A stretch of DNA of 64,000 bases, taken from the IMG/VR virus record IMGVR_UViG_2922696095_000003, positions 6,990 through 70,989 of that record, one strand, 5' to 3'. Shown piece after piece: positions 22,091 through 31,730 of the stretch. The position numbers and the translations under genes are program-made. Source of the DNA: a virus. Its lineage: Duplodnaviria; Caudoviricetes. Below the pieces are notes generated by a model, which was given only the letters and a program-made list of their open reading frames with translations, made no database searches and was not told where the DNA came from. Every line of letters starts with the position of its first letter. Within the stretch, counting starts at the first letter, position 1.

Positions 22091-22552
22091 ATGAAGGCTG
22101 TAGCAAAAGTAAATACAGACGGCCTCTATTTGGGGGAAAAGTTGGTGGACGATGCCTTCAATGGTGTCGTCCCTTTTTATTCGGACAACTTAGAACAAGA
22201 GTTTGAGAAAACCGAGCAAGACGCTGCGGACGTACCACAGGAACCAGTAATAGCCGGATACATCGTTGGGGTGCCGTTTCCAGAAGGATTCAGCGCATAT
22301 GTGACAGAGCATAAGGGGTTTCGGTTTAACTTGGAAACCTTGTCATGGGAAGAAGGTCTGACGGTTGAAGAGATAGCGGAGCTGACCAAACCAACGAATC
22401 AAGTTCAGGATGCATCGGAGGTTGTGGGCCAGCAGCTTGCGGAGCTGAAGATTCAGGCCATGCAGCAAACCCAGCTTTTAGCCAGCATGGGCGCTGAACT
22501 GGCGGCTACAAAATTGGAACTAATTAATCTGAAAGGGGCTAATCAATCATGA
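22091..22552 (+). CDS. Tail fibre-associated protein
   Basis: Follows fibre gene; coiled-coil C-terminus; precedes XkdX-like gene. Confidence 0.6.
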   Translation: MKAVAKVNTDGLYLGEKLVDDAFNGVVPFYSDNLEQEFEKTEQDAADVPQEPVIAGYIVGVPFPEGFSAYVTEHKGFRFNLETLSWEEGLTVEEIAELTKPTNQVQDASEVVGQQLAELKIQAMQQTQLLASMGAELAATKLELINLKGANQS

Positions 22553-22689
22553 CATTTTGGACTCTTGCTTTTAAGTGGAACTGGGTAACGGCAGAGAAAT
22601 TGAAGGGCGCAGTAATCACGGAGACAAACCGTTTCGGAGAAATCACACCGGAAGAATTCAAGACCATTACAGGCTTGGACTTTGCGTAG
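22549..22689 (+). CDS. XkdX-family small protein (not in ORF track)
   Basis: MTFWTLAFKWNWVTAEKLKGAV...GEITPEEFKTITGLDFA*. Confidence 0.75.
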   Translation: MTFWTLAFKWNWVTAEKLKGAVITETNRFGEITPEEFKTITGLDFA

Positions 22690-22721
22690 GAAAAGTTTCC
22701 TTGGCAAGTTAGGAGGACGCT

Positions 22722-23351
22722 ATGTTTAATGGTGGATTTAATAGCCTTGGTTTTAATACAGGAGATGTAGAAGGGAACATTATTGACCTTTCTGCATCTC
22801 TTTCTGGTTCAGGACAAATGTATTCAAGGAAGGTGGAGACGGCTGGAGCAGAAAACGATAATGTGTTTAACCTTATGTCGTTTAATGTGGACGAACCCGG
22901 TACCGTAACGGAATACATTTTGGAATTTGTTTTGGATATGACTGCCGCTGCGGAGTTGTCCGGTGAAGGTCAGGCGCAGGCTGATTTTGTCCGTGAGTAT
23001 GCTTTGGAAGCCGTTCCTATGTCTGGCGAGGGACGCATAACTAACGCAGAATACGTTCGAGAAATTCTGATGCAAGCAGTACCCATGTCTGGGGAAGGAA
23101 GGATATCGGCGGAACTGTCAAAATTCCATACCGACTACATTGAGTTCACAGATGTGTTCAGACCAGGAGAGGTAATTGTCATTGACTCAGGAAAATTCAA
23201 AATAACGAGAAATGGTCAGAACGTTTCCCATCTATATAACGGAGACTTTTTCGATCTGAATCTCGGAAACAACAACCTGACCTGGACAGACCCAGAGACA
23301 GGCCGAACGGTTTTGTTCCGTATTACACACCGAGATAAATTCTTATATTAA
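22722..23351 (+). CDS. Tail protein with Dit C-terminal-like domain
   Basis: PGEVIVIDS...GDFFDLNLGNNNL motif; internal xSGEG repeats. Confidence 0.65.
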   Translation: MFNGGFNSLGFNTGDVEGNIIDLSASLSGSGQMYSRKVETAGAENDNVFNLMSFNVDEPGTVTEYILEFVLDMTAAAELSGEGQAQADFVREYALEAVPMSGEGRITNAEYVREILMQAVPMSGEGRISAELSKFHTDYIEFTDVFRPGEVIVIDSGKFKITRNGQNVSHLYNGDFFDLNLGNNNLTWTDPETGRTVLFRITHRDKFLY

Positions 23352-23363
23352 GAGAGGTGGACT

Positions 23364-25508
23364 ATGCCTACTCCAACTATGCAAGTGTTTGATAAGAATA
23401 TGCGGCGTGTTGGAACGCTAGTGGACTCTTATGACATTCAGCGCCGCCGCAGGATTAACAGTGACTACGAGTTAACTTTTATGGTCCCAATGACCAGCGA
23501 AGACTATAGGGAGAAGATAGCAATCAAGGGCCACGTTCAAGATGAGCGTGGTCAATTTTATGTCATTCAGTCTCGTAGCCGATCACGCGAGGGAAAAAAG
23601 CTGACTGCAAATATCTACTGCAACCACATCATGTTCAAACTTAATGATTACAAGTTTCCTTATGCTTCATACATTGCAGAAGCCTATGGTATCCATATAA
23701 ACCAGCTTACAGACCTGATTACAGCTGCTACAGGCGGACGGTTTAAGTTCGTTATCCACGACACATTTGATTTGCACGATGTTAAGGACTTTGGGCGAGG
23801 CAATTGTCTTGAAGCGCTTAATAAAATCATTCAGATGTATGAGTGTGAAGTCGAGCCAGATAACTTTGTAATCAACCTTAGAAAAAAGATCGGGACTGAT
23901 AGTGGGCTTCAATACAGACTCAAGAAGAACATCGTATCCAGTTCCTTCAAAGACAAAGGCGAGTCTCTAGTGACGCGTATGTTCGCTCAAATGAAGGACG
24001 GGCGAACTTTCATCGGAATGGATGCGTCCAAGCTAACCAACGAGGAACGAAGTTTGCTATCCGGCGTGCCGGGAACCATTGTAAACGGAAAGCTGGCAGT
24101 GAACTATCTGATATCACCATACGCACAATATTGGGCCAGTGATTCCGTGCCGTTTTATGATGGCGAGATTATAGAGCAGGACATAGAGGAACCGGAGGAC
24201 TTGTTGAAGGCTACGCGGAAGGCTCTTGCTGAACAGGAGAATGTAACACTGGAGGTAACAGTATCAACAGCAGACTTGTTTAAAATTGATAACTCGGAAC
24301 CGGAGCCACATTTGGGTGATGCTGTAATGTGTATTGATCCAGCAATGGATATGAACAAACTCAAAGCCCGAATCACAGAGCTTACAGAGTATCCGTATAG
24401 CCGTGACAAACATAGTGAGCCTACGATATCCAATGTCAATTTACGAGACTATGCGGATATCATTTCTGACCTTGAGCGGAACAAGAATATTATCAATAAC
24501 TTGTTTAGTAATGGAAAGATCCGAACGGAAGTATTTGAATCCTTTGCAAAGCAGGCCGTGATTGACATTGATAATTCCAAAACGGAAATCAAGTACGATC
24601 AACGGGGCATCGTCTTGCAGGATCAAAGCAACGCACTGAACCAGGTTATTATGACTTCAAACGGCGTTGTCCTGACAACAGATGGAGGTAAAACGGCAAG
24701 AACGGCTATTACAGCGCGCGGGGTAGTAGCCGAGCAGATTGTCGGACAACTGGGTAACTTTGTATCTTTGGTTATTGGTAGCGGTAATAATGTAACCAAA
24801 ATCAATACGAATGGAATAAGTGCAGGGAATGACGACTATACCATTGCGCCATTCCGTGTAGACATGCAGGGGAATGTTGTAGCTCGTTCGATTAAGTTGA
24901 CTGGGCAGATAGACAACTCAGAAATGAATGCTTCAGATATTAGGGCTAGTACAGTTAATGCAAGTACCATACGAGGTAGTAAATTAATCGGTAATGAGAT
25001 CGAGGGCGGTATTATTACTGGAGCTTTATTCCGTACAGCCAAGGAAGGCAGACGAATAGAGATAAACTCCAATGGCTTGACTGCTTATAACTCAAGGGGT
25101 GGGGAGTCCATTTCTTTAGGTCAGTATAATGATGGTGCTGCTCTTTTGTTTATGGATAACGGAAGTCCAAGAGGATCGGCTTACGGAGATTCAGATGGGT
25201 TCCATTTAGGGAATATGGCTGGAGTTTATATCAAATCCACAGATGACATGGTTTATTTTGACGGTGAAGTAGATTTCAGTAATGCGACAGTAAGCGGACT
25301 AAAGATAAGTGCCATTGAAGGCGTTCAGAACAAATTGACCAGTTTACAAAATGAAATTGGAGAAATTCGCGGCGATCTTTTTAGCGGTTTAATCATTAAT
25401 GCAACTTTTGATCCTGGTACTAGAAATTTAAAACTATACAGTCAAGGAAGAACGGTAGTCACCGTTAATATTCCAGCAGGCGGAAGTTCTAGTAGCTCGA
25501 CAACATGA
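23364..25508 (+). CDS. Tail spike / Tal-like baseplate hub protein
   Basis: Prophage-tail-like N-terminus; TTDGGKTARTAITARG motif; beta-repeat C-terminus. Confidence 0.8.
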   Translation: MPTPTMQVFDKNMRRVGTLVDSYDIQRRRRINSDYELTFMVPMTSEDYREKIAIKGHVQDERGQFYVIQSRSRSREGKKLTANIYCNHIMFKLNDYKFPYASYIAEAYGIHINQLTDLITAATGGRFKFVIHDTFDLHDVKDFGRGNCLEALNKIIQMYECEVEPDNFVINLRKKIGTDSGLQYRLKKNIVSSSFKDKGESLVTRMFAQMKDGRTFIGMDASKLTNEERSLLSGVPGTIVNGKLAVNYLISPYAQYWASDSVPFYDGEIIEQDIEEPEDLLKATRKALAEQENVTLEVTVSTADLFKIDNSEPEPHLGDAVMCIDPAMDMNKLKARITELTEYPYSRDKHSEPTISNVNLRDYADIISDLERNKNIINNLFSNGKIRTEVFESFAKQAVIDIDNSKTEIKYDQRGIVLQDQSNALNQVIMTSNGVVLTTDGGKTARTAITARGVVAEQIVGQLGNFVSLVIGSGNNVTKINTNGISAGNDDYTIAPFRVDMQGNVVARSIKLTGQIDNSEMNASDIRASTVNASTIRGSKLIGNEIEGGIITGALFRTAKEGRRIEINSNGLTAYNSRGGESISLGQYNDGAALLFMDNGSPRGSAYGDSDGFHLGNMAGVYIKSTDDMVYFDGEVDFSNATVSGLKISAIEGVQNKLTSLQNEIGEIRGDLFSGLIINATFDPGTRNLKLYSQGRTVVTVNIPAGGSSSSSTT

Positions 25509-25572
25509 TGTTTACTGTATCTTCTGCCGATGGTAATATTAGGACATATATACTATGCAGGAGGTACGGTTA

Positions 25573-26154
25573 ATGAAGAAATGGTCTTATTTGCTTAGTG
25601 GTGTATTGATTGGTGCGGTTGTTGCTACGGCTGGCAGTGCATTTGCGGATCAAATCAAATCTTTAGTCGGAGAGAAGGTCGCTGGGGAATATGTAGTCAA
25701 GGTAAATGGAAATTCACTTTCCGAAAATGCCATAGTCGTTGACGGGAAGGCGCACGTACCTTTGCGAGCTGTAACCGACTCTTTAGGAGTGAACTTAAAA
25801 GTGGATGGAAAGACAATTCAAATTGATTCATCGAATAATTCTTCTTCACAACAAGCAAATGCTGAAGTGAAAACTGTCTCAGGTAAATACCAAGGATGGC
25901 CTATTTCTAAGTTGGAAGAGAGGAAAGCTGAACTTGAGAAATTTGTAACAGATACAGAAAGTGACAAGGGAAATATGGTTAAGTCTCTTGAGATTTCTTC
26001 TAAGAAGACGGAATCTACTTCAGATAAGTTTGCGGAAATCAGAGAAAAAAATGTTGAAGAAACGAAGAAAAATATACAAGAAGCTGAAACAAATATAGCT
26101 AAATATAAGACTGAACTAGAAGAAATAGATAAAGCTATAGCTTCACTGAAATAA
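25573..26154 (+). CDS. Secreted protein: copper-amine-oxidase-N-like domain plus coiled coil
   Basis: Signal peptide; DGKAHVPLRAVTDSLG motif; possible own promoter TTTACT-17-TAATAT at 25511-25539. Confidence 0.7.
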   Translation: MKKWSYLLSGVLIGAVVATAGSAFADQIKSLVGEKVAGEYVVKVNGNSLSENAIVVDGKAHVPLRAVTDSLGVNLKVDGKTIQIDSSNNSSSQQANAEVKTVSGKYQGWPISKLEERKAELEKFVTDTESDKGNMVKSLEISSKKTESTSDKFAEIREKNVEETKKNIQEAETNIAKYKTELEEIDKAIASLK

Positions 26155-26189
26155 AATAGAAACGAATAGACCGTTAGCGGAGGCATTAG

Positions 26190-26783
26190 ATGAATAAAAA
26201 GATGTATATGTTTATAGGTGCTTTACTTGGAGTACTGCTAGCTACTTCTGGTGGAGCTGCGGCAGATCAAGTGAAATCACTAGTGGGGAAGACTGTTGCA
26301 GGGGTATACAATGTGAGAGTAAATGGAACAACATTGTCTGAAAACGCTATTGCCGTCGATGGTACAGCGTATGTACCTTTGCGTTCGATCTCAGAATCTT
26401 TGGGGGCGAACCTAGCGGTGAAGGGGAAAACTATTGAAATTGCAACAGGAACTCCTTCTTCTAATGTGGTTGTTAAAGAGCAGTCACAAGCAATAGCTTT
26501 GAAAGATAACCCATATACCAATTGGTCCAAGGAACTAATTGTAAAGCACATTGGAACTGTGGAGGAATTGATCGAAATACTTAATAATAATATTAAAAAA
26601 TATGAAAAGTCATTGACTGATATCGATAGAAAAATAGGTGCGGCGGGCCACGATCAAAGACTTATTGAGCGATTTGAAAAAAGCGCCACTAAGACAAAAA
26701 AGGAATTACAAGAATCCAAAGACAGTTTATTAGAGCATAAAAAAGAGCTAGAACAACTTAAAGCAGCATTAGCTACTAAATAA
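26190..26783 (+). CDS. Paralogous secreted copper-amine-oxidase-N-like/coiled-coil protein
   Basis: Signal peptide; DGTAYVPLRSISESLG; terminator hairpin ~26830-26857. Confidence 0.7.
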   Translation: MNKKMYMFIGALLGVLLATSGGAAADQVKSLVGKTVAGVYNVRVNGTTLSENAIAVDGTAYVPLRSISESLGANLAVKGKTIEIATGTPSSNVVVKEQSQAIALKDNPYTNWSKELIVKHIGTVEELIEILNNNIKKYEKSLTDIDRKIGAAGHDQRLIERFEKSATKTKKELQESKDSLLEHKKELEQLKAALATK

Positions 26784-27059
26784 ATATGTAGTAATCTAGC
26801 AGCAAACAAAAATTATATACTGTATACACAAAAGCCCTCTTAAACAGAGGGCTTTTACTCTTATATAAGGGAATTAGTATTAGACTGCACTCAAACAAAA
26901 TAAACGGCAGCTATGGACGAGAAAATAAAATCCTAGACTGCCGTTTTTTTATTGAACTATTGTGTCCCTTTAGTCAATCTCTTCCCTTTTCATAAAGGTT
27001 GTTGTGCAAAGCTTTCTGTCGTTGAAATCATGTCTTACTCCAAGTCACTTTGTAAAATT

Positions 27060-28547
27060 CTAATCCCCACCGAGTTCAACCGTTTTCGTAGCGACACGGT
27101 CATGAAATTCCCGATCATGCTCCACGAATACAATGGTCGGCGTGTACTCAAGCAGCAGCTCTTCAATTTGCATCCGGGAAATCACGTCGACAAAGTTGAG
27201 CGGTTCGTCCCAAATATGCAGATGAGCCTCCTCACATAGGCTTCTCGCGATTAGAACCTTCTTCTTCTGACCGCCGCTAAACGCCGATATATCCTTCTCA
27301 AACTGGATGCGGGCGAAATCTAGCTTACGCAACACGGCCTTAAATAAGCTTTCGTCAATTCTGTGCTCTGCTGCATAATCGGAAAGCGTTCCTCGCAGAT
27401 GAGAAGTATTCTGGGATACATAGGAAACGCGAAGCTGCGGCTCCCGCTGAAACGTTCCTGTATAGTGTAGCGCCTCATCGTTGAGCAGGCGAAGCAAGCT
27501 AGACTTACCTGAACCATTTGGACCTGAAATTGCAATCCGATCTCCTGGTTCGATCGTCAGACTAACGTTCTTGCAAACCGCTCTTTCCCCGTAGTAAATC
27601 GTGACGTGATCCAGTATCGCCAGTTCCGATTTGGGATACACGAGCTGAGAGATCGCAAGGCTTTCTGACTGTTCGATATTTCGGAGCAGTTTCGATTTTT
27701 CCTCTAAAGCGGCGTGTTGCCGCTGTTCGATGGATTTCGAGCGTTTCATCATTTTCGCTGCCTTATGCCCGACGTAACCCTTGTCAAGCTTGGAACCGGA
27801 ATTTCGTGTGCCGTTTTTTGATTTTTCGGTCTCGAAAGACCAGCCGCTAGTACGTTTAGCAGAAGCTGATAAACGCTGTATGTCTTTGTACAGCTTTTCG
27901 TTTTGTGCCATTTCGAACGTGTCCTGGCGAGTTTTGTTCGTCCACCAGCTGGAGAAGTTGCCTTTTTGGATTTCGATATTCGTTTTGTTGATCGATAGAA
28001 TATGATCCACGCAGCGGTCGAGAAAAGCCCGGTCGTGTGAAACAAGAATAAAACCGCGCTTCGTATTCAGATAATCGGCGACAAGCTTGCGTGCGTGCAA
28101 GTCGAGATGATTGGTCGGCTCGTCGATGAGCAGAAATCGATTGTCTTGGATGAATAGCACGGCCAGCAATACCTTCGTCTGTTCTCCTTGGGACAGCGAT
28201 TCGAATGGCCGGTACAACACGTCTTCTGAAACCTTAAGCAGGTTCAGTTCGCGCATCAACTTCCAGTTCTCATAGTTTGGCACGATCTCTTCGACGACGT
28301 CTAAGGTCAAATACTCAGGATGTTCGACGGGAAACGGAAAATAATCAAAGGCGACTGGTGTGGAGATCGTACCGCTGTATTCGTACTTCCCCTGAAGCAG
28401 GTTTAAGAACGTCGTTTTCCCCCGACCGTTTCTCCCCGTAAAGCCCAACTTCCAGTCTGTATCAATTTGAAAATGAACATTTTCGAATATGGGGTCATAG
28501 CTGCCTGGATAGGCAAAAGTAAGATTGGTCACCTGAATGGCGGGCAT
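27060..28547 (-). CDS. lsa: Lsa-type ABC-F ribosomal protection protein
   Basis: 495 aa; NLTFAYPGSYDPIFENVHFQIDTDWKLGFTGRNGRGKTT; two ABC domains, no TM; more GC-rich than flanks. Confidence 0.85.
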   Translation of the reverse strand: MPAIQVTNLTFAYPGSYDPIFENVHFQIDTDWKLGFTGRNGRGKTTFLNLLQGKYEYSGTISTPVAFDYFPFPVEHPEYLTLDVVEEIVPNYENWKLMRELNLLKVSEDVLYRPFESLSQGEQTKVLLAVLFIQDNRFLLIDEPTNHLDLHARKLVADYLNTKRGFILVSHDRAFLDRCVDHILSINKTNIEIQKGNFSSWWTNKTRQDTFEMAQNEKLYKDIQRLSASAKRTSGWSFETEKSKNGTRNSGSKLDKGYVGHKAAKMMKRSKSIEQRQHAALEEKSKLLRNIEQSESLAISQLVYPKSELAILDHVTIYYGERAVCKNVSLTIEPGDRIAISGPNGSGKSSLLRLLNDEALHYTGTFQREPQLRVSYVSQNTSHLRGTLSDYAAEHRIDESLFKAVLRKLDFARIQFEKDISAFSGGQKKKVLIARSLCEEAHLHIWDEPLNFVDVISRMQIEELLLEYTPTIVFVEHDREFHDRVATKTVELGGD

Positions 28548-28559
28548 GGCAATCATCCT

Positions 28560-28837
28560 TTCGTTTGGAAATAAAAAAAGAGCCGCAAGAAAGGTGCTTT
28601 CTTGCGGCTCTAATCCATACGAGGAAATACGGCCCCATTCCAAGGGGCCGTATGACTGTCCGGAGAGGGAGCGCAAACGAAACGCAGAGCTTTCTTGCAG
28701 AGATGAAATAAAACGACCACAGCCGATCGCTGAGTCCGTTCTTTTCGTGATCTCGAAGCAAGAAAGTCCTACATGTATCCGTTCAACTCCCATCATCAAA
28801 TTACATTCAGTTTATCACAATGGTAATTTAACTACAA
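28560..28837 (-). promoter_or_regulatory. SigA-type promoter and attenuator leader of lsa
   Basis: TTGTAG-17-TAAACT (28837-28809); 14-bp-stem terminator plus U7 (28610-28573) before the SD; alternative pairing blocks at 28766-28758 and 28698-28690. Confidence 0.75.
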
Positions 28838-29041
28838 CCTGCGTAGTCTCGTTCGTAGGTCGACATGCTCCTTAGGTTGATTACTGTTATTCAACTATCC
28901 TGCTCGTTCGTATTAGCTTAATAACATATGGGTTTTTAAAATCCGTAGCGTTATAGCAGCAGAACCAATTTAAGATATAAGTATGAAAGCCTCTGATAAC
29001 TCAGGGGCTTATTTTGCGTGCAAAGAAAGGTGAGATCAGTA

Positions 29042-29785
29042 ATGGATATACTTACAATTCACGGAGTAAGAGGGTTTATTGATGGTAACGGCACGGCGCA
29101 ATTGAATTTAGAAGATGTTTCTCGCGGGTTGGGTTTTACTCAAAGAGCTGCGAGTGGAAATGAGGTTGTGCGCTGGGAGAGAGTAAATAAGCACTTGTCG
29201 GAATTTGGGTTCATCCCCACAAGTGGGGACGCTGATTCTTCCCAACAAGCTGGGAAAGGGGATTATATTTCTGAAAACATCTTTTACCGCTTGGCGATGA
29301 AGGCAAGAAACGAAGTAGCTGAAGCATTTCAGGCCAAGGTAGCTGATGAAATACTGCCGTCAATCAGGAAGCATGGAATATATGCTACGGACAATGTGAT
29401 TGATAATATCCTTAATAATCCTGACTTTGGAATTGAACTACTTACTAAGCTCAAGGAAGAACGCGCTGCCAGAGTACAGGCGGAAAGGACAAATGCAATC
29501 CTAATGCATGTAAACAAAACGTATACGGCTACGGAGATTGCCAAGGAACTCGGATTTAAGTCAGCAATTGCGCTTAACCATGATTTAGGCAATCGAAAGA
29601 TTCAATTCAGACAGAATGATACATGGCTACTGTACAGCAGATACGCAGATTGTGGTTATGTTGAAATCAAACAAGAAGTTCTTGATAACGGAAAAGTGAT
29701 CTATCACCGTAGATTTACTCAGTTAGGTCGTGAATGGCTTTTGAAAATTTATAATAAGGAACAATCAAAGGCATCTGTAAGTTAA
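29042..29785 (+). CDS. Phage antirepressor (Bro-N-like plus KilAC-like)
   Basis: LNLEDVSRGLGF, ENIFYRLAMKA, EILPSIRKHGIY, FTQLGREWL. Confidence 0.85.
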   Translation: MDILTIHGVRGFIDGNGTAQLNLEDVSRGLGFTQRAASGNEVVRWERVNKHLSEFGFIPTSGDADSSQQAGKGDYISENIFYRLAMKARNEVAEAFQAKVADEILPSIRKHGIYATDNVIDNILNNPDFGIELLTKLKEERAARVQAERTNAILMHVNKTYTATEIAKELGFKSAIALNHDLGNRKIQFRQNDTWLLYSRYADCGYVEIKQEVLDNGKVIYHRRFTQLGREWLLKIYNKEQSKASVS

Positions 29786-29823
29786 AGGTGTCTTTTTTGC
29801 TGTCCAAGGAGGTGATGAAACCC

Positions 29824-30045
29824 ATGGCAAAAATAAAATCTACATTGGATATACAACTAGATCTAACCAGACCTGTTGAGGATTTGACTGAGGTCATTTC
29901 CGCTGTAATTGCTTCACAGCCACATAAACGTAAAGAAATACTTAAGGGGTTGGATATAGCTGTAGGGAATGCATTAGCAGAGATACAGACCCAAGAAGAA
30001 AAGGAACAGAAAGTAGACGATGATAGCTCAGGAAAAGTTTCCTGA
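29824..30045 (+). CDS. Small hypothetical phage protein
   Basis: SD aaggaggtg; homologue at 56771. Confidence 0.7.
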   Translation: MAKIKSTLDIQLDLTRPVEDLTEVISAVIASQPHKRKEILKGLDIAVGNALAEIQTQEEKEQKVDDDSSGKVS

Positions 30046-30067
30046 ACGGAGAGACGGGGGAAGTAAG

Positions 30068-30535
30068 GTGGATAAGTGGGAGGTTTTTAAGTTCAGTACT
30101 GCTTTAGGAAGCAGCGCTGTGACGTATTTTTACGGTGGGTGGTCGGGAGTATTGGGGGTGTTACTTGCTCTGGTCATTATTGATTATGTGACTGGATTAT
30201 TTGCCGCTGGCGCAGAAGGTAAGAAGGGGACCGGACCCGGTTTAAAAAGTAAGATTGGTCTTATCGGTATAGCTCGAAAGGTATTTATTTTTGCAATGGT
30301 AGCAGTATCCCATCTAATTGATGGAGTCTTAGGCGATTCGCACCTATTCCGGGATGCAGTCGCCTATTTTTATATGGCAAATGAACTGCTGTCGATAGTT
30401 GAGAATGGTGGCAGGCTTGGCGCGCCGGTCCCGTCGATCATTCGGCAGGCTGTTGAGGTGCTAAAGAGCAAAGGCGGTAACCAGGGAGGAGATAGTAAGA
30501 ATGATAACACTGGAGCAGATAAAGAAAAAATCTGA
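30068..30535 (+). CDS. Holin (phage holin 4-like family)
   Basis: IDYVTG, GIARKV, ANELLSIVEN motifs; TM segments. Confidence 0.88.
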   Translation: MDKWEVFKFSTALGSSAVTYFYGGWSGVLGVLLALVIIDYVTGLFAAGAEGKKGTGPGLKSKIGLIGIARKVFIFAMVAVSHLIDGVLGDSHLFRDAVAYFYMANELLSIVENGGRLGAPVPSIIRQAVEVLKSKGGNQGGDSKNDNTGADKEKI

Positions 30536-31268
30536 TAAGCGCTTGAGCGGGCTTCATCCGGTTTTTAAGATGACTCTTGAAAAACTGATAGACCGCTGTT
30601 ACGCCCGTGGAGTCTGGTTGTTAATTACGCAAGGATTACGAACGTATGCGGAGCAGGATGCTTTATATGCTCAAGGGCGTACGAAGCCAGGGCAGGTGGT
30701 CACTAAAGCACGGGGTGGATGCAGCAATCATAATTTTGGTTTTGCGGCCGATTTCGCGCTGCTGTTGCGTGACGGTCGTACGGTATCCTGGGACACCTTA
30801 AAGGACGATGATAAGGATTCGCTTCCTGACTGGAGCGAAGTCGTTGATGAAGCTAAAAAGCTTGGCCTTGAATGGGGCGGCGATTGGCGTAGCTTTAAAG
30901 ATATGCCTCACCTGCAGATGGTCTTTGGAATTACGACGGCTCAATTTCGGGCGGGCAAGCACCCAACTCAGGCCCAGCTTGATGCAGCTTTAATGAAGAT
31001 TAATAAAACGGAGGATGAGGAAATGACAGCAGAAGAAAAGGCAGCGTTTAAGGAGCTGCAAGCAATCGTTCAAAAGCAGGCTGACCGTATCAAAACGCTG
31101 GAGACAGCAGCTAAACAGCCTAAAGTACCAGCGTGGGCAGAACAAGCCTGTATCAACGCCAAGGCCTCAGGTGCCCTGGATACCGCTAATGATGGATCTT
31201 ATGACTTTTACCGCATGGTCACGCTACTTGATCGAACAGGTATTTTCAACGGGAAAGGGGATAAATAA
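30501..31268 (+). CDS. Endolysin, M15 L-Ala-D-Glu peptidase (CwlK-like)
   Basis: GLRTYAEQDALYAQGRT, SNHNFGFAAD, WGGDW, DMPHLQ. Confidence 0.9.
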   Translation: MITLEQIKKKSDKRLSGLHPVFKMTLEKLIDRCYARGVWLLITQGLRTYAEQDALYAQGRTKPGQVVTKARGGCSNHNFGFAADFALLLRDGRTVSWDTLKDDDKDSLPDWSEVVDEAKKLGLEWGGDWRSFKDMPHLQMVFGITTAQFRAGKHPTQAQLDAALMKINKTEDEEMTAEEKAAFKELQAIVQKQADRIKTLETAAKQPKVPAWAEQACINAKASGALDTANDGSYDFYRMVTLLDRTGIFNGKGDK

Positions 31269-31270
31269 TT

Positions 31271-31612
31271 ATGATTGAACAATACATTACAACCATTGCA
31301 CTGTCCGTTATCTGCTTGATTACTATCGGAGCTTTGACATTAGGCACGGTAGTATATCGCAAGCTCAAACCAATTTATGAGGCTCGTTTCAGTATTGAGC
31401 AGCGCAACCGGATCGGGCAACTGGCAGGGGATGCATACGCTTGGGTAGAGCGTAATTATGCTGGAGCTGGCGCGAAAAAGTTTCACGAGGCTGTTAAGTA
31501 CCTAACCGTCAAGCTGGACCAAATTGGCGTATCCATCAAACCGGAAGAAATAGAGGCAGCCGTTCAGAAGGCTTGGGAAGAATTTAACCCAAACAAAATT
31601 AAATCAGTTTAA
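31271..31612 (+). CDS. LL-H-like holin
   Basis: Single N-terminal TM; GAKKFHEA...IEAAVQKA. Confidence 0.6.
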   Translation: MIEQYITTIALSVICLITIGALTLGTVVYRKLKPIYEARFSIEQRNRIGQLAGDAYAWVERNYAGAGAKKFHEAVKYLTVKLDQIGVSIKPEEIEAAVQKAWEEFNPNKIKSV

Positions 31613-31730
31613 GTATTTACAGAATCACCCAAACCGATTATACTTTCCATATAAATCCGAAAGCATCGGTGATACCCTGCTGGCATACGCTGGTGGGGTG
31701 TTTTTCTGTTTTATAGGGGGAGGAATACAT

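Noticed and set aside
19850-25508. Diversity-generating retroelement or invertible tail-fibre system
   Set aside because: No reverse transcriptase, invertase or template/variable repeat pair visible
28548-28799. 84-aa N-terminal extension of the ABC-F ORF in the ORF track
   Set aside because: It spans the attenuator and terminator; the SD and Lsa-like N-terminus point to ATG 28547
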